Assembly: GCF_963506605.1 (NCBI RefSeq)
Contig: NC_083283.1
Span: forward strand, 34,658,001 to 34,722,000
Direction: 5' to 3'
Source: Zootoca vivipara
Lineage: Eukaryota
DNA: 64,000 nucleotides
The position numbers were made by a program, and so were the translations under genes. Position 1 is the stretch's first letter, and the number at the start of each line of letters is the position of its first letter. This document shows positions 59,777 to 64,000 of the stretch, piece by piece. The notes under the pieces are model-generated. The model saw only the letters and a program-made list of their open reading frames with translations, searched no databases and was not told the origin of the DNA.

Positions 59777-62734
59777 GTTTGAAATGTATTGCTTAGTGTA
59801 CATCTCCCCAAAGTTCTTTCTGCTGCTGCTTCTTTCAGAATGTTGTAAATGTCAGTTCCCACATCACCTACCTACTGGCTTCCTCGCTTCTTTTCCAGCA
59901 AGAGGAGAAACTGCTGTAAACATTTCCGTTGTTGTCTTAGTTGCATTTGCTGGGCAAAGGTCATCGTGCTCTGATTTAGTGTTTTCAAATAAGTGTGCCC
60001 TTTGGTGCCGCAATCTATTGAGAGACAACACAGCCCAGGCAGGAGAGTTCAGCATGGCCACTAATAAAACACAAGTGCCGCTTTGTCAGGCCATGAGCGA
60101 TTACTTGAACAAGTGCCAACCAAGAAACCAAACATTAGAGCCCAGCTCTTCAGACCCTCAAGACAAAGGACCAATTGACTTTCCTCATTAGTCGGTGTGC
60201 CAAACATGCAAACACAGTTCCCCCTCTGTCTTTGATGCTCAAACCATGCCAGCTTGTTAACATCTTGGGTGGCACCGTGGTTTACGAGCCTGTAATGATT
60301 ATTATGTGGGGCAATTATTTGGCCCTAATTGAAATGATAGACCAGTCCTTTAAATGCCTCCACGGAGCATCTTTCAGACAGTTTATAAATTCTGACTTTC
60401 CTCTTATAGGCTTTGGCTGCACGGCTGCACGAAAACCTCTCCCCTCCCCACTCTGCTTAACCTTTAAACTCCCAGCTTGTGAATGCAGCCCGGGACGAAG
60501 TTTGTGCTAATGTAGGTGGCCGTCGTCAAATTACTTTGGCAATGCAAACATAAATCCTCATGTTTAACAGAAAAGGTCGTTGTTTAAAGTTTCTCTATTT
60601 GTTTCCAGTTTGGCTTGCCACCCTGTAACTGTGAATCATAACTAAAATACGCACTATAATAATTTCAATATACAAAATATTTTCAGACAAGTCAAAAGGT
60701 ATACTAGCAGATTTCAGTTTCTTTTAGGTTTCTTTTGCACATTTAATTTTGTATGCATCCCATTGATGAAGTAAAATCACAATTATACAAATCTACTACT
60801 TACTCCAATAGAGTTGGGCAGGATAATTGACACAAAATTTGTTTTATAGTCTTTCTTTCCCCCTGCAAATCCGCATAATTAGAAAATAAGGATTATTTAC
60901 CCATTGTTTCCACACCTCTATCATACATCATTATGGATCGAAGAGGCATAATCTCACCCAGCTACACTTTACACTTACAAAACACAAAGTCTACAGGCAT
61001 GTTCCCATTCACTTCAATGGACAAAACACTTCTCTAAACACATTCCTTTGCATGTGCAGAACTACACCTCCCAATGCCTGTGGAGAAGGTATTTGCCTTT
61101 ATGGAAGAATTAATGCCTTGAATATGAAAAGTCTGAGGTTCAATCCCTGGCATCTTCATGGCAGAGATCTAATACCTCCGAGAGCTTCTGCCGGTTACTG
61201 AGTGAGATGGACTGACTGTCTGACTCATTATGAAGCAGCATTCAATGTTTCCTATGCGATGTGAACTTGGGCAAATCACTCTTTCTTAATTTTGAGCTTC
61301 CTATCTGTAAAACTGAACTTAAATTACCTTACCTCACAGGGATGCTGCCAAAATAAATTATAGTATTAAAGCCCATAACATAATTGAAAATGCTTTATAG
61401 TAAGTTGTATTAAAAAATCAAGCGTAAAATATTTATTTTAGCAATAATTCATATAGCAGTCTCTGTAAGTCTTTTCAAAGAGAACACAGATATACACACA
61501 TTTTCATTAGCTAATGTTAGGTATAGATGCAAATTTAGAAATTATTACTGTAATTTAAATGGAAATACATCTTACCATACTAGGGAAGATGTGACCAGGT
61601 GGCTTGCGTTTCTGCTCAGTTTGCTGTCCAGCTGCTAAGTGTTGGTGGTCATCCAAGACTGGATTTGGGTCAGACAGCCCTCCAAACAGAGGACTCCCTC
61701 AGACAGAGGACTGACCTCTAACAGCTCTTCACACAGGACAGATCTCTGTAAAGTAGGATACATGGTCATCCTAATATTTATCGTAATTAACAAAGGACAA
61801 AACTGATACCTAACAGCAACACAGCATCACTTCACCGGAAGGAAGTTATTTTATAGATGCACACTATCAAGTCTGTTAGTATAGCAGCTATACCACCAGC
61901 CTCATTCCAGACAAACTGGGTTCTTCCTAATAAGGTTTAGAGATGTAGCAAAAATTGATATAATCAAATTACACATTATCCTCCTTATTCCACTTTCAAC
62001 ACATCACTATGGAAGACAAATTGTAAGTATAAAAATCATCTTTTGCCAGTTTCAGCATTATGGAAGAAAACAACTAAAAAACACCCCTTCTCAAATGTAG
62101 ATGATTATGTCAGCATGCAGGCAAAATGAAGGTTGAAGCTATAATATTTTTGTCACTTGATCTCGCTTGAATTATTCATGCTTTTGGCAAATTAGCTACC
62201 AATTCAATATAAATCCACTCTCCTAGTTTGATCAAGTTGTACTTTTATTTTCTATTGCCAGGTAGAGCAAATGAGCATTTTGGCTGGGGTTTATTTTGTT
62301 GCTATTGTAGCAGAGAAAGCATACTGTGAAGTGTGAGACTTTCTTTTGAGAGATTCCACTTCACAGTCAGCTGAAATTTTCTGCAGCAAAACAGTTGGTG
62401 GCAAGTTAAATTTAGAAGCCCTGTTAAAAAGAATAGAGATCTGTCCTTAGACTGTGGGTGAGAAGATACATAATGTTGTTATCACAGGCACAACAGCAGT
62501 CCAACGGCCTTGATCAGAGCACACTCTGCTCCCAAAGAGCTACATCAGATCAACGAGAGAGAAATCTCAAGGCTAGTTCTTTCCCCTCAGTATTCCACCA
62601 CTTTTATTTTATTTACTTCTTTTGCAATGAACTTCTGCTTCATCAATGCTGCCTGAAGGTGTTTCTCATTGCCTGTCAGATCTCTTCTTTATAGGGCTAA
62701 AATGTATAGGGGATAGCCAACACATCAGTTAGAT

Positions 62735-62850
62735 CAGGGTAGGCAATATGGCATCCTCCACTCCTAGTGTCCATGACCATTTGCCATCCTGATTGGCATA
62801 GATGGGAGTTGTAGTTCACAACATCTGGAGGCACCACATTGCCTACCCTG
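62735..62850. mobile_element. hAT MITE (older relative of the 136-bp family)
   Basis: TIRs CAGGGTAGGCAAT / ATTGCCTACCCTG; TSD AGTTAGAT/GGTTAGAT. Confidence 0.85.
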
Positions 62851-62972
62851 GGTTAGATCGTTCCAAATCCCCTTTTAAGATGCAATCCTATACCCACTCA
62901 TCTGTCAACTCCATTTGAAGTTAGTGGGAAGTACTTCTGAGAATAGGATTTAATCAGTTGATTGAATAGGTG

Positions 62973-62976
<4 letters not shown>

Positions 62977-63017
<41 letters not shown>
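62977..63017. repeat. (CA)n microsatellite
   Basis: Direct reading. Confidence 0.95.
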
Positions 63018-63018
<1 letters not shown>

Positions 63019-64000
63019 CATCCCTACTTGGTTCATTCAAAGCCCCCCATTCACAACCCCTCCCCTATCCCTCTGCCTCTGGTCAACCCTCTACCCCACT
63101 CTCCACCCACAAAATACTGAAAGAAAGTGAAGCGATTTCTGTTTTACCCACCTCAAAGTTGTAAAATCTGCCTTTGCAGGAGGATGATTGCACCTGTTGT
63201 TCTGAAAGGTGGCTGACTTCATCCTCTCAGAAGCGGCAACCATGTCTGTGAATTGCATCCCACTCTGCCAGATATATTTTTTTTAAGTTAGCAACTTTTT
63301 CTTGAAAGAGTCAAACAAAAATATTTCATGTTTCCCTGAATGAAATTGTGGTTCTACCTACAATTTAGCAGCCTAAATTTAGCTGGGTTATTTTTATTTC
63401 CTTTTCTTCCTGCTCTTTCTCCAATTTTCTTAGGGTGTTCCCCCATTTTATACATATCCAGATTAAAAATCCCACCTCATGCCCATGGCTGGTAGTAGAG
63501 AAGTATAGGATTTTAAACAAACAGATGTCCATTTGGGAAAACCTTGCCTCTCCCCTTCCATTCCAATGGTTTCACGGGCCCTTTTTTACCAAGCTTTTCA
63601 GACAAAGCATTTTTTATATGTGATCCATCTATACTTGCCTATATTTGGTAGATTTCCCAGACAGAAAAACATAAGGAATTGTGCAATAAAAGTTGTCTCC
63701 CACCCTGCAGTTCATTAAATTAAATGGAAGCTAGTATCAGTGGCCCTGAATCCGAAGATGGTATTTACAAATGATTCCTTCCAGCTTGATGCAATTTATT
63801 GTGGGATCTTGCCCACTGAGTTACTGGCCTTTACACTATGGCTCTGGTCCAAAGGAATAGATAAATTAATCTTGTAGCAAGTATACTCATGTACTATTGA
63901 TTGGAAAGGAAACAGGTGACAGATTCATAGGAAAGCAGTGCTTCCACCAAATGGAAGAGATGGGAAACAAACCCCCTCAAAAATAGGTCTCGAAAAGCAA

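Noticed and set aside
1-64000. Assigning a host gene name to the window
   Set aside because: No coding exon recognised; any gene symbol would be a guess

Overview
Vertebrate genomic DNA, almost certainly from a squamate reptile and most likely a lacertid lizard (inferred from Sauria SINE, BovB, L2, CR1, RTE, L1 and lizard-type hAT/mariner MITE content). I found no host protein-coding exon, so the window reads as intergenic DNA or a large intron. It holds dense, often nested transposable elements and three N-gaps. Repeat family names come from motif recognition and terminal structure, not database searches. Main points: (1) a structurally complete ~2 kb non-autonomous Helitron (49927-51920), built from GC-rich fold-back repeats with an inverted loop and carrying a ~1.1 kb promoter-like cargo; (2) a Penelope-like terminal repeat with a minimal hammerhead ribozyme core (6781-6817, minus strand); (3) a decayed L1 hosting four younger insertions; (4) a ~9 kb TE-depleted, motif-rich island suggesting constrained regulatory DNA; (5) two candidate micro-exons and one pre-miRNA-sized hairpin.
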